Source: Eledone cirrhosa (Eukaryota). Taken from it: a stretch of 64,000 bases of DNA. The stretch spans positions 1,364,001 to 1,428,000 of the forward strand of contig OZ024763.1 in NCBI GenBank assembly GCA_964016885.1, read 5' to 3'. Numbering within the stretch: position 1 is the first letter of the stretch; each line of letters opens with the position of its first letter. Position numbers and translations under genes: made by a program. Under the pieces are notes generated by a model. The model ran no database searches. It had not been told where the DNA came from and worked only from the letters and a program-made list of their open reading frames with translations. Below are positions 51,143 through 64,000 of this stretch, in pieces.

Positions 51143-51488
51143 CATCATCATCATCATCATTTCATTTTACGTCCGCTTTTTCCCTGCTTGCAAGGGTGGG
51201 ACGGGAACTGATTCTGGCTTGATTTCTACAGCTGGATGCCCTTCCTAACACCAACCTCATTTACAGTGAGTGCTGGGTGCTTTTTTGCCGTGGCACCTCC
51301 ACGACCACTTTACAGTGGAATGATAGGGACCCCAGTCCCTATCAACTCATTTCTACAGCTGAGTAAACTGGAGCAATGTGAAATAAAGTGTCTTGCTCAA
51401 GGACACAACACATCACCCGGTCTGAGAATTGAACTCACCACCTTTCGATTGCAAGGCCAATGCTCTAACCACTAAGCCATGTGCCTCC
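51143..51488 (-). mobile_element. CORE-SINE family A copy (inverted)
   Basis: Reverse complement of family A. Confidence 0.85.
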
Positions 51489-51855
51489 AGATATCTATAT
51501 ATATATATATCTGTCTTTCTGTCTATATATCTATCTATATATATCTCTATATATCTGTCTATCTATCTACATATCTGTCTAGCTATCTATATATCTGTCT
51601 ATCTATCTATATATATCTCTATATATCTGTCTATCTATCTACATATCTGTCTAGCTATCTATATATCTGTCTATCTATCTATATATATCTCTATATATCT
51701 GTCTATCTATCTATATATATCTCTATATATCTGTCTATTATCTACATATCTATCCATATGTTTATCTAGCTCTCTATTTATATATTTATATATATCTCTA
51801 TCTATCCCTTCTTACTGACTCTGTCTCTATTTCTTTGCCTTCCTCTTCTAGATTG

Positions 51856-51906
<51 letters not shown>

Positions 51907-51989
51907 ATGTATATATGTATATATATTTATATATAAGTGTATATACATAACATATACATATATATATATATATTATATACATTCTCTCT

Positions 51990-52035
<46 letters not shown>

Positions 52036-52734
52036 TATATGTATATATATTTATATATAAGTGTATATACATAACATATACACATATATATTATACATCT
52101 ACATACAGATATCAACTACCATAATTCCTAAGTTCTTACCATCTCACATTCAGTACCTCATTTCAGTTTGAAGGTCAGTTTAGAGATTGTTTCAACTGTG
52201 TTACAACTGAGCAGACATATTTTTTTAATTTAAAATAAATTTTTTTTTTAATAAAATTAGGCAAAGAAAACCAAAAAAAAAAAACGAAAGAACATTTTTT
52301 TTTTTTTTAATATAAAAAAAAAATTGTCTGCCTCAGTTTTCTTTATTTCGGCCATTTTTAAAAAAATTAATTTCTTGGCAAATTTTTTTTTTTTTTTTTT
52401 TAAATTAATTAATTAATCATTAAAATATTTTATTAATATTCCGTTAATAAATTAATTAATTCATAATATATCTTTATATATATATATAATTTTTAAATTT
52501 TTTTTTATTTATTGAAGTAATTAGAGAGACATTAAGAAAAAATTGGTAGCACCATTCTTTAAAAAAGAAAAAAAAAAGGCTGTGAGTGACTTACCAACTT
52601 GGTTAACATGCTTCCCCCTCCCCCCAATAGCCATCCCCACCCCGCCTTTTCACCCCCACCCACCCCCGCCCCACTCTCCATACTAATATACTATTTCAGT
52701 TGTGGCCACACTACTTCCCCGGACTTTCTCAAAC

Positions 52735-52896
<162 letters not shown>

Positions 52897-53229
52897 CTGT
52901 GTGGGCCATAAAGATCTGCCATATTCTTTTTTTATATCCCTTCAAAATCTGGGAGATGTTTATGCCCCAATCCAGATATATATATATGTATATATATGAA
53001 TACACACACGTGTGTGTCTCTGTGTTATATATATATATATATATGTATATATATACCTATGCATTATTATATATATATGACAAAGTTCTTGGCATGCCGA
53101 AACTTGAGTAACAGATGATTCTACCAGCTATATGTATTAAGTCAGCTCTTCAGTAAATGTTTATTTCTTTTATATATATATAAATCTACAACCCTACATT
53201 AAGATCTCTCTCTCTCTCTCTCTCTATGT

Positions 53230-53262
<33 letters not shown>

Positions 53263-53777
53263 GTATATGTCATATTAATATATGTATCTATCTATTTCTA
53301 TATATAGGAACAAGTAAGACCCCGACGGCTGAGCTCAAGCCGTTTCGACGGCTAATCCAGTCCAGAATTAGCCGTCGAAACGGCTTGAGCTCAGCCGTCG
53401 GGGTCTTACTTGTTCCTATTACCCACTCTACTACCCTAAGTATTGAGTACTTTGGTGCGTTATGGTCCACCTGGTTCCTTACCACATTTCCTTCGTTATT
53501 TCTATATATATATATGTGTGTGTATGTATATATATATCTACATCTAAGGCGGGTAAAATTCCCGAGATCCATGGACGAGTTCTCTCCAGCGGTCTCTGTC
53601 CCTCATTATCGCTGCCATATCCTGCATCTCCAACAGACCAGTGTCTGTCCTTAGGGCATCAACATATGAAATATATATATATGACATATAAATATATATA
53701 TATATATATATTTATATGTCATATTAATATATGTATCTATCTATTTCTATATATATATATGTGTGTGTGTATGTATG

Positions 53778-53821
<44 letters not shown>

Positions 53822-54070
53822 ACCCTTTAGCATTTAAAGCAGTCATATCTGGCCAGAATTCTCTCACCTCTTTCTGTTCAAACTAGCTGCAACTAGCCAC
53901 CTATACTGATGTTAAGATATTGATATCAAAATCTCATAGCTTTGATATTATGTGAGGTAAAGCCTGTACCATGAAAATGCAATAGTAAATGTAATGTAAA
54001 TGCTAAAGGGATATATATATATATATGAAAGGAGGAGGTTATAGTTCACTTGAAGCATTGTGTAATGAGG

Positions 54071-54456
54071 TATAAACGTTTGAATATGTGTAATAAGGCC
54101 AAGACAATGCAGGTATGGACATAGAAAAAAGAATGCAATAGTGAAAGATATTGATGTGAACTCGTCTTTCACCTTGAATTTATTTAAATGTCCTTAATTT
54201 TCGAGATACTATCTCTTCTTCGGAGGGAAGTAAAGGTCTCAAACCAGCGTCTTTAAATCTCTAGCCAAGCCAGAGATTTAAAGACGCTGGTTTGAGACCT
54301 TTACTTCCCTCCGAAGAAGAGATAGTATCTCGAAAATTAAGGACATTTAAATAAATTCAAGGTGAAAGACGAATTCACATCAATATCTTTCACTATTGCA
54401 TTCTTTTTTCTATGTCCATACCTGCATTGTCTTGGCCTTATTACACATATTCAAAC

Positions 54457-54463
<7 letters not shown>
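54071..54463. repeat. Near-perfect palindrome with ~190-bp arms and a 9-nt spacer
   Basis: Arms are reverse complements; the ORF track shows mirrored MKDEFTSISF ORFs. Confidence 0.92.
54308..54342 (+). ncRNA. Minimal hammerhead variant with CCGA core; mirror copy at 54192-54226 (-)
   Basis: CCT CCGAAGA A GAGAT agt ATCTC GAAA AT TA AGG. Confidence 0.6.
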
Positions 54464-54509
<46 letters not shown>

Positions 54510-55354
54510 CACATACACACCACCACCCATCAAGCACTATAGTAGTTGGTATGAAATTGCAAATTAAATTAAAATTAACACCATATATTTATATATAAAA
54601 TAATTTCGATGATATATCTTCCACCATAATGTCATCTCTCAAAATGTCCAAATCACATCAGATTTAAAATTGCAAGGTTTTATTATTTTTTTAAATTATA
54701 TTTTTATATTCTGTTTCTCTTGAAAAAAAAATTTGTTAAATTATTTCTGCTTTTTAAAAAAAAATGTATTACCCCCTTCCCCCTGTTTTCTTGTTTTGTT
54801 TTCTTCTGCTTTTTGTTCAGTTGTTCATTATATACTTTATAATTGGCCCTTATGGCCAATAAATGAAACTATTATATACCTTATAATCTTATTATAGTTC
54901 TTGCTATGTTTTCTCCATTAGTTCATGTTAAGCTTTAGTTACATACACACATATCTATATATAAATACATATATAGATGTACAGGCAACAGATGTGCAGA
55001 CACACACACACACACACACATCTACATATACATACATAAACATACAGATAACAGAAGTGCAAGCACATACACACACACATCTACATATAAGTACATAAAC
55101 ATATACACAGACAATAAAAGTGCAAACACACACACACATCTATATATAAATACATATACACAGGCAACAGAAGTACACATACACACACACAATTGTAATG
55201 AGAGAAGTGAAGAAAAGAGACATGTGAAGAAAAGAGACATGTTGTTTTACAGCAAGGTAGACTAAGACAACAAGAGAGAAGAGATAATATATACACCTAG
55301 AGATAATATATACACCGCTCTTCAGATATCTATTTAAGGCTGTACATCAGTCTA

Positions 55355-55908
55355 GAACCCCTATCTTGCTCAGAACATTGACCGCCTGGAAACTGTTCAG
55401 AGACGTGCAACCAAGCGAATACCCTCCATCAGGCATCTACCATACTCTGAACGCCTTGCTTCCCTGGGCATGGATACATTGAAGCTCCGACGCCTGGCAA
55501 CTGACTTGGTAAACACCCACAAAATTGTTAACCATCTTGCCAACAACAACCCTGAGTACCTTTTTGATTTCCATGTGTCTAACACACGTGGGCATGCCCA
55601 CAAGGTCAGAAAACAGCACAGTTCCCATGACTTTCGGAAACATTTTTTCACGCTCAGAGTTGCTGAAGCATGGAACAAACTACCTCCTGCATCAGTTGTT
55701 AGCTGTCGAGACACTGCATCCTTTAAAACCTCCATGCTTCCCGAGATCCACCAACACTACAGCTAATGTTCCCCCTCCATACACATACACACATGTATAT
55801 CATGACTCCTACACTATTCAATTCCCTGATATTTGTGTATTATTCTATGTACTTTTGACGAGTTGTAGTGCACCTGAGCACTTTACACAATAATTTCATT
55901 ATTATTAT
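55355..55908 (+). mobile_element. CR1-group LINE 3' fragment with (ATT)n tail; shorter copy at 27006-27124
   Basis: LETVQRRATK..YSERLASL..LRRL..DL..HKI..TRGH..FF..RV..WNKLP..VV..FK is a typical CR1 C-terminus. Confidence 0.85.
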
Positions 55909-56718
55909 TTTTTTATATACCTAGACGAACATCTCTTAAATAACTCCTCTTAATTTTGTTGTCTGTGGAATTTTCACAGGTCCTGCTAGTATATACAAAT
56001 TTGAAACAAATATATACATACATATATACGGTCAGGTCAGGCTTCTGGGGTGATCAGTTTGGCTTTTGTAATTTCATAGAACAAAGTGATTGCATTCATA
56101 TGTTGGTCTGGTATTTTATAAGGTCAGCAGATTTTCACTATCTTAGCTCTGTGGATCATGGTCAGGTCAGGCTTCTTCCTGCTACTGGTACAATGTAACC
56201 CAGTACAACCTACTTCATAGTCCAGTGGTCAACAACTAAACCAGCTCCCCCACCAGACTGGTCAAGTCAGGTCAGGTCAGGCTTCTACCTGCTACTGGTA
56301 CAATGTAACCCAGTACAACCTGCTTGATAGTCCAGTGGTCAGCAACTAAACCAGCTCCCCCACCAGACTGTGGTCAAGTCAGGTCAGGCTTCTACCTGCT
56401 AAATTACAGTCCTGTCAGAGCAAGGTACGACGTGGCCAATACTGGCCAGATTTGTCTCTCAACATGGACAATCCGTCTGGCCCATGCAAGCCTGGAAAAA
56501 TGTATGCTAAACAGTGATGAGGATATATATATATATACAGACACACAAACACACTCACATGTATGTATGTATATACACACCGCAGAACATATTTTTATCC
56601 ACAAAATTTGTAGAGGGTGTTTGGGGTTTGTTTTTTATATTGTGCATAGACACGCACACACACAAAACAAACAAATAAATATGTTTCTCTTATTTTCCCA
56701 ACTATATTGTTCACTTGA

Positions 56719-57679
56719 CCCTTTAGCATTTACATTACTCTATATATAATATTGTATTTTCACAGTAAAGGTTTTACCTCACATAATATCTGACATAACA
56801 TTTATATTACTCTATATATGGAGGCACATGGCTTAGTGATTAGAGCATTGGCCTTGCAATCGAAAGGTTGTGAGTTCAATTCTCAGACCGGGCGATGTGT
56901 TGTTTCCTTGAGCAAGACACTTTATTTCACATTGCTCCAGTTTACTCAGCTGTAGAAATGAGATGATAGGGACTGCGGTCCATATCATTCCACTGTAAAG
57001 TGGTCGTGGAGGTGCCACGGCAAAAAAGCACCCAGCACTCACTGTAAATGAGGTTGGTGTTAGGAAAGGCATCCAGCTGTAGAAATCAAGCCAGAATCAG
57101 TTCCCGTCCCACCCTTTCAAGCAGGGAAAAAGCGGACGTAAAATGAAATGATGATATACTATTATATTGTCACAGTAAAGGCTTTACCTCACATAACATT
57201 TACATTACTCTATATATACTATTGTATTTTCACAGTAAAGGCTTTACCTCACATAATATCTCACATAACATTTACATTACTCTATATATACTATTATATT
57301 TTCATAGTAAAGGCTTTATCTCACATAATATCTCACATAAACATTTACATTACTCTATATATACTATTATATTTTCACAGTAAAGGCTTTACCTCACATA
57401 ATATCTCACATAACATTTACATTACTCTATATATACTATTATATTTTCACAGTAAAGGCTTTACCTCACATAATATCTCACATAACATTTACATTACTCT
57501 ATATATACTATTGTAATTTCACAGTAAAGGCTTTACCTCACATAATATCGAATCTATGAGATTTTGATATTATTTTAAGAACAATACCTTAACATCAGTA
57601 TGAATGGCCGGTTACAGCCAGAACAGAAAAAGAGGTGAGAGAATTCTGGCTGGATATGACCAGTTTAAATGCTAAAGAG
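56719..57679 (-). mobile_element. piggyBac-type MITE with array and nested SINE
   Basis: Same family, inverted. Confidence 0.75.
56820..57155 (+). mobile_element. CORE-SINE family A copy nested in a piggyBac-type MITE
   Basis: Family A sequence interrupting the 72-bp array of the MITE. Confidence 0.85.
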
Positions 57680-57847
57680 TTAAATGGGGTTTTCTTATTT
57701 AAGATATATATATATATAATGTCAGTTATAGTGGATACCAACAGGTATTTTATTTTATCTTCATCAGAGAAGAGTTACATTGCTATTTGATACCAACATT
57801 ATTATTAATGGCCAGCATATCTCTATATATATATGTGTGTGTGTGTG

Positions 57848-57906
<59 letters not shown>

Positions 57907-58342
57907 ATGTATATATATATATATATTATGAGAGAGAGATAGGTTAATGATGTATAATAGTATATTAAAATAAAATGTTAAACTGGTAAGCACAGAACAT
58001 TTTGACCAAATTTCAACTGTCATATTATTATTATTAATATCATCATTATTGTTATTACTATTTTTATTATTATTGTCATTATTATTCACAACCAAAACAA
58101 AATTTCCAAATTTTCAACCCAAACCAGGCTTTGATAAACTGTCATTTAATTGTATATCTTCTACTGCAGCTTGTTCCTTGATTGAGTTGTTCAACTGGCA
58201 ATGTCTTATAATTCCTCATTTATTGTTTTTGTTGTCTTATATTAACTTCTGTTTCTAGTTATTGGTACATTCCAGCACATTTGAAATGCCCTGTGATAGG
58301 TGTGCACTTAGAATTAGCTGGACAGCTCACAGAACAAATTAA

Positions 58343-58562
58343 CCCTTTAACATTTACATTACTCTATATTCACTATTGTATTTTCATGGTAAAGGCTTTA
58401 CCTCACATAATATCTCACATAATATTGAATCTATGAGGTTTTGATATTGTTTATGTTCAGAACAATACCTTAACATAAATATGAGCGGCAAGTTATGGCC
58501 AGTTTGAACAGAAAGAGATGAGAAAATTCTGGCCGGATATAGCTAGTTTAAATGCTAAAGGG
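58343..58562 (-). mobile_element. piggyBac-type MITE, unit-length (220 bp); similar copies at 6010-6206 (-) and 53823-54010 (+)
   Basis: TTAA CCCTTTAACATTTA...TAAATGCTAAAGGG TTAA. Confidence 0.85.
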
Positions 58563-58974
58563 TTAATCTGTCCTGGAAGAGATTAGTGCCAATCGACAGT
58601 TGGTTGAAATAGTAAGGAAAAAGAAACTTCAGTATTTTTAGTCATGTTGTCAGGACCCAAAATGTGATTACCCACACCCATGAGGATGTAAATACAAGTG
58701 GTCGAAATAGGAGTTCCTCTGAAAGATCTTTTAAGTAACATTATTTGATAGAATGATAGAGGGTGGTGGATTGGCAGTATCGGGAGAGGGTCGGACGCCA
58801 TGCTTTGCCGCATAGAGTTACGGCCCTTATCATTCTGAGTTCAAATCCCGCCGAGGTTAACTTTGCCTTTCATCCTTACGGGGTCGATAAAATAAAGTAC
58901 CAGTAATACACTGGGTACTTGCTGGCCTTGTGCCAAAAGTAGAAACAATTATTTAATAGAATGTTTGGCTTTGA

Positions 58975-59285
58975 GATCAGTGAGTGTCACTTTAAGTAGA
59001 GCTGCTACTTCTCTACACAGAGAGAGATCACATCTCTGTTACTATGGGCATGTGGCTTGAATGTCTAAAGAAAGAATTGAATTGCAGGACAGATTTTACG
59101 GGCAAATCAAACCAGTAGGGAACCCAGAGGTCTACCTTGAGCAAGTTAGTTGGATAATATCAGTGAGCTTTGTTAGTTTCAGTTGGGCATCTAGCTGGAT
59201 TATTTTGGTGACAGTTGCTTCAAACGGGACCCCTTGGAAGGTGTGTCTGAGACCCCTTCTCAGGAATAAGTCGACAAAGAACTAG
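58975..59285 (+). mobile_element. Degenerate old RTE-family 3' relic; related relics at ~2000-2070 (+), 6903-7078 (-), 11430-12395 (+), 16752-16928 (-)
   Basis: Broken frames RSHLCYYGHVA*MSKER / RQILRA..PRG.P..DNI; shared end ctggaagg..tgt..ga..ccc..ggaataagt. Confidence 0.7.
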
Positions 59286-59963
59286 AAAAATTCAGGATAC
59301 TTTGGATAACATAGTCTTAGATACACTTGTGTCTAAAAAGAAAAAAAAAAAAAGACAATGTCTCTTGTGATGAATTTGTCTGTCTGATTGGAACTAACAT
59401 GTGGTACAGTAACTACAACAATCTCCATTCATTTGGGATTAAAATTACCCTATTTATACCACTCCAACTAAGACTGGCCCTTAATCAACGAAACAAAACC
59501 TCCAATTTTGAAGGGTTCCTACTTACTATTAAACTCTTGGTGGTTACTTTGGCCGTTGTCAGAACAGGGAATAGAATTCTCTGACATTTGTTGTTCTGCC
59601 TGTCTAATGTGGCTAAACCATGTGGCATCTAGACTGAGGAAGTACCTTACACAGGACTACACCATGTGGCATTTGAACTAAGGCAGGGCCTTAAACTGGA
59701 CTACACCATGAGGCACCTAAAACAATAAAGGACCTTACATAGGAAAACACCATGTAGCAATTGAAATAAGGAAGAACCTTAAACAATGTTATGAGTCCCC
59801 AAGATCTAGGGTAGCATGAGAACCTCTTCAAGAAGGGCTCTACATACAGTGTGATATTTACCATGTGCCTCGTTTTATATTGATGTCGATAGTTTAACTC
59901 TTTGGAATATTGTTACATGTTTTCTAACGATGTCCCCCTTTTTTTGTTGTTGTCTTATTTCAG

Positions 59964-60142
59964 GAGCTGATCCAATGTCCGGGGTCACGCCAGGAGCAGC
60001 AGGGGCCACAAACCCTGGAGGGCATCATTTGCCTGCATTACCCCACTCATATCCTTCCCATCCAATATTGGCTAATCGGGATCGGGAATACTTTCACCCT
60101 GATGTTTTAAGGGCCTATAGTGACCCTGCCTTGGCACATCAG
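59964..60142 (+). CDS. RERE: Atrophin/RERE exon h (phase 1 to 0): ADPMSGVTPGAAGATNPGGHHLPALPHSYPSHPILANRDREYFHPDVLRAYSDPALAHQ
   Basis: tttcAG acceptor, GTAATG donor; Pro/His-rich composition typical of the atrophin C-terminus. Confidence 0.85.
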
Positions 60143-60431
60143 GTAATGTCTGCCTTATTTATAAACAACATTTAACTATGCAGTATATATATACTGCACT
60201 TTTCACCATTGCTCCTTGTAATTGTGTTCTCTGAAGCATAACATTCTTTTAACTCCCGATTCTCTACATGATGTCTAGGACACTAACAACAGTTATGTAT
60301 TTACCTAAATGTTCTGAAGCCTAGGATTTTAATCACCTGTTTAGACATTCCCTATGCTCCGATGATTCTCTGGAAGAAACAATTGTCAGCAAATAAATGT
60401 ATTAAACTAAGATTTGATTGTTTTAACACTT

Positions 60432-60476
<45 letters not shown>

Positions 60477-60506
60477 CAACACACAGATACACATATACAT
60501 ACATGC

Positions 60507-61296
60507 CATCATCATCATCATCATCATCATCGTTTAACGTCTAATTTCCATGCTAACAGGGGTTAGACAAGTTGCTCCGATGTGAGATAGGCCAGGTCAG
60601 ATGACCATGTCTTGCTCATACAGAACTGTTTCTGGCTTGGTTTCTACAGATGGATGCCCTTCCCAACACATTTACAGTGTGGGCTGAGTGCTTTTTGTCG
60701 TGTGTACTGGGTGCTTGTTGTCATGACACCTACACAACCACTTTACAGTGTGGGCTGGGTGCTTGTTGTCGTGACACCTACTCGACCACTTTACAGTGTG
60801 CGCTGAGTGCTTTTTGTCGTGACAGCTGGGTGCTTGTTGTCGTGACACCTACATGGCCACTTTACAGTGTGGGCTGGGTGCTTGTTGTTGTGACACCTAC
60901 ATTGCCACTTTACAGTGTGGGCTGGGTGCTTTTTTGTTGTGACACCTACATGACCACTTTACAGTGTGGACTGGGTGCTTCTTGTTGTGACACCTACATG
61001 ACCACTTTACAGTGTGTACTGGGTGCTTTTTTGTTGTGACACCTACATGACCACTTTACAGTGTGTACTGGGTGCTTTTTTGATGTGACACCTGCATGAC
61101 CACTTTACAGTGTGGACTGGGTGCTTGTTGTTGTGACACCTACATGACCACTTTACAGTGTGTACTGGGTGCTTTTTTGTTGTGACACCTACATGACCAC
61201 TTTACAGTGTGGACTGGGTGCTTATTGTTGTGACACCTACATGACCACTTTACAGTGTGGACTGGGTGCTTGTTGTCATGACAATTCCATGACCAC
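60507..61296 (-). repeat. RTE-tail fragment with a ~48-bp tandem expansion
   Basis: (CAT)n tail, ggatgcccttc motif, then repeated tttacagtgtggactgggtgcttgttgttgtgacacctacatgaccac. Confidence 0.8.
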
Positions 61297-61582
61297 GGAA
61301 TTCGGCCTTTGCCTTTTTACTTGGACAACATCGGTGGCGTGGAGAGTAGGAGACTGGTATTTATGGTTGAGTGCTGGTCTTTCACAAACAAGTTTGCCTG
61401 GGTTTATACATTGCAGGAGAACTCTCAAGGTGCAAAACCCATCAATATTTGTGCCCAAAAGGTTTTTTTTTACCTTAATGATATTGAGTTGTGTGAAATG
61501 CTGTTGTGTAGTTATATCAGATGATGTTGTGAAGTCTGTTAAGTCTATATTTCTTGACCATCTTTTGCTTTCCTTCTTTCAG

Positions 61583-61672
61583 ATCTCAACACAAGCTCAC
61601 CACGAAGCTATGCAACGCCACTTTGCAATGGAACGGGAACGATACGGAGCAGCTGGCCACTTACCTCACTGA
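61583..61672 (+). CDS. RERE: Atrophin/RERE terminal coding exon: ISTQAHHEAMQRHFAMERERYGAAGHLPH*
   Basis: Polypyrimidine tract + ttcAG acceptor, phase 0. Resembles the RERE end (QRLAME...GHLP). TGA at 61670-61672. Confidence 0.88.
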   Translation: MSTQAHHEAMQRHFAMERERYGAAGHLPH

Positions 61673-62070
61673 TATACTACGGAAGTTTAGACAGGAAGTT
61701 GCTGCTACTGCTGCTGCTGCTGGACGTCTCTTTATTAACTTGTGGTGGTGGTGGTGGTGGTGGTGGTGGTGGTAGACGTAGTGGTGGCGGTGGTGGTGGT
61801 AATGTTGGTGTTGTTGTTGTTGTCGTGTGTAGGTGGTAGTGGTAGTGTTGGTGTTGGTGTTGTTGTTGTCGGTGGTGGTGGCAGTGGTGGTGACGGGGGC
61901 AGGAGTCAAGTCATATAAAACGACTCCCCTCCTTCCCCCCTTCCATACCACATACGCATACACACTGTAAAGAAAACGCCACCACACTCTCACACACACA
62001 CACACAGAGAAACAAACGGAAACACCACAAGCATATACATCCCTTCACACAAAGAGAGAGAGACATACAC

Positions 62071-62112
<42 letters not shown>

Positions 62113-62237
62113 CACACATACACACACACACACTGCTGGCCAAGCAAGGGGAACAATTCATGGCTTCTATACCGCTGTTTCTTTTGACAAATAGAAAAAA
62201 AAAGTATTCAGGGCCGAATAACAATAATATTAATAAC

Positions 62238-62271
<34 letters not shown>

Positions 62272-62517
62272 TATTAATGATTATAATTATAAATAAGTGA
62301 TCATGCTAAAAATCCAAAGGAAAAAAGAAAAATTTCTGGGGGGGTAGGGGCAATATCTTCAGTCATCATGATCAGAATATGCAAAAGATTGGAAAGAGAG
62401 AGAGAAAGAAGAAGAAAAAGAAACTGCTAACGAAACTATTCTTTGTTAGATCCTGCATCAATGACGGTTTTGTTCTGTTGGGAATTTTTTATATATATAA
62501 TATAATATATATATGTT

Positions 62518-62548
<31 letters not shown>

Positions 62549-62769
62549 ATGTATGTATATATATATGTCTATATATATGTGTGTATAAATATATATGTAT
62601 GTATATATATATATGTGTGTGTATATATATATAATATATACATATATTTATATATATGTGTATATATATATATGTGTGTATATATATATATAATATATAC
62701 ATATATTTATATGTATGTCTATGTATATATATATATATAATATATATTTATATATATATTATATGTGTG

Positions 62770-62820
<51 letters not shown>

Positions 62821-62833
62821 TTTATATATATAT

Positions 62834-62915
<82 letters not shown>

Positions 62916-62945
62916 TATATGTATATATTTCAAGACTTTGGGGAA

Positions 62946-63008
<63 letters not shown>

Positions 63009-63553
63009 TATACATATTTATATATACATTCATAATTACATACAAAGAGAGAAAAAAAAGGAAAGAAATGAACGAAAAAAGAGGAAAACAAACAACTATT
63101 AAAAGAAAAGATGATATCGTCACCAAAGGTTGTGGTCTCCTTTGCCGTTTTCTTTTTTTTTTTCTTTTCTTTTCTTTTTTCTTTGAATTTCTTCCTTTCT
63201 TTCTTTCCTTCCTTCCTTCATCTTTCTTCTTCTTCTTCCCCCTTCCCCCTCCCCTCCTATAAAAAACAAACAAACTAACACAAACAAACACGGACTCGAA
63301 CTCGAACTAAAAAAGGAACAAGTTGCAACAGTCAACCTCAATACCAGTCTTGTATGCCTGTGCCTTCCACTGTTCTTTTTCTTTATCTTTTTTCTTTCTT
63401 TTTTTACTCCCACCCCTCTTCCCACCACCCTCCCTTTATTCCCTCTCCCTTCCTCTTTCTTCTTCCTCCTCCCTCCTTACTTCCAACCGTGTTTTTTTTT
63501 TGTTTTTTTAAATAATTATGATTTAAACTAATTATTTGTGATGACTGAAGTGA

Positions 63554-63595
<42 letters not shown>

Positions 63596-63633
63596 CCAAA
63601 TTCTAAAAATGTTTTAAGTTTTGATCCATTATT

Positions 63634-63684
<51 letters not shown>

Positions 63685-63929
63685 ATAGTTCTGTACTTTC
63701 ACAATGAAAACCCTTACACCTTGTGATGATATATATGTATATATATATATATATATACACTTATGTATATATCATTTATGCTAGGCTGTTAAACAATAGG
63801 TAGAACCGGTGGTTCGGGTTGGTAGATAATGAGGCAACAGATTTATATATATATATATATATAAACATATACTACTACTACTAACTACAATTGCAACAAC
63901 AAGCTGGCAGTTTTAAGGGTTTCAAAAGT

Positions 63930-63971
<42 letters not shown>

Positions 63972-64000
63972 CTGAACTGAACTGAACTGATGACTTTTTA

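Noticed and set aside
58259-58300. AG...GT-bounded segment as a possible extra exon
   Set aside because: Stop codon in the required phase-1 frame and a weak donor.
59061-59144. ORF MSKERIELQDRFYGQIKPVGNPEVYLEQ followed by GTTAGT, a possible mutually exclusive RERE exon
   Set aside because: It lies within a degenerate RTE relic (YYGHVA*MSKER..RQIL..PRG) and has no pyrimidine tract.
61661-62005. Antisense His/Thr-rich ORF, and possible stop-codon readthrough of RERE
   Set aside because: The ORF comes from (GGT)/(GTT) repeats in the 3' UTR; readthrough would meet TAG after five codons.

Overview
AT-rich, microsatellite-dense animal genomic DNA. The SINE/LINE repertoire and (TA)n density suggest a cephalopod, probably Octopus (inference). 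The + strand carries the 3' part of an Atrophin/RERE (Grunge) gene. I reconstructed nine GT-AG exons with compatible phases (11176-11332, 14298-14472, 24438-24552, 26599-26747, 36647-36847, 41942-42247, 42374-42544, 59964-60142, 61583-61672 with stop); upstream exons lie outside the window. The introns hold an apparently intact ~5 kb RTE-clade LINE (antisense, flanked by (TA)n, with a PHD-like finger in the ORF and ~470-bp 5' monomers). They also hold tRNA/CORE SINEs sharing that LINE's 3' end, Meta-like SINEs, piggyBac-type MITEs, a Tigger-like relic, CR1 and R4/Dong-like relics, and many minisatellites grown from TE ends. Two signals stand out. (1) About 8 unrelated families of short (TA)n-anchored, often fold-back cassettes each carry a minimal type I hammerhead ribozyme, like Penelope-like element termini; these include a long-stem-II family and a CCGA-core variant. 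(2) One exon has both its acceptor and its donor tandemly multiplied, producing AG|GT mini-intron-like units. Almost all short ORFs in the track are microsatellite artefacts. All structures were read by eye; nothing was computed or searched.
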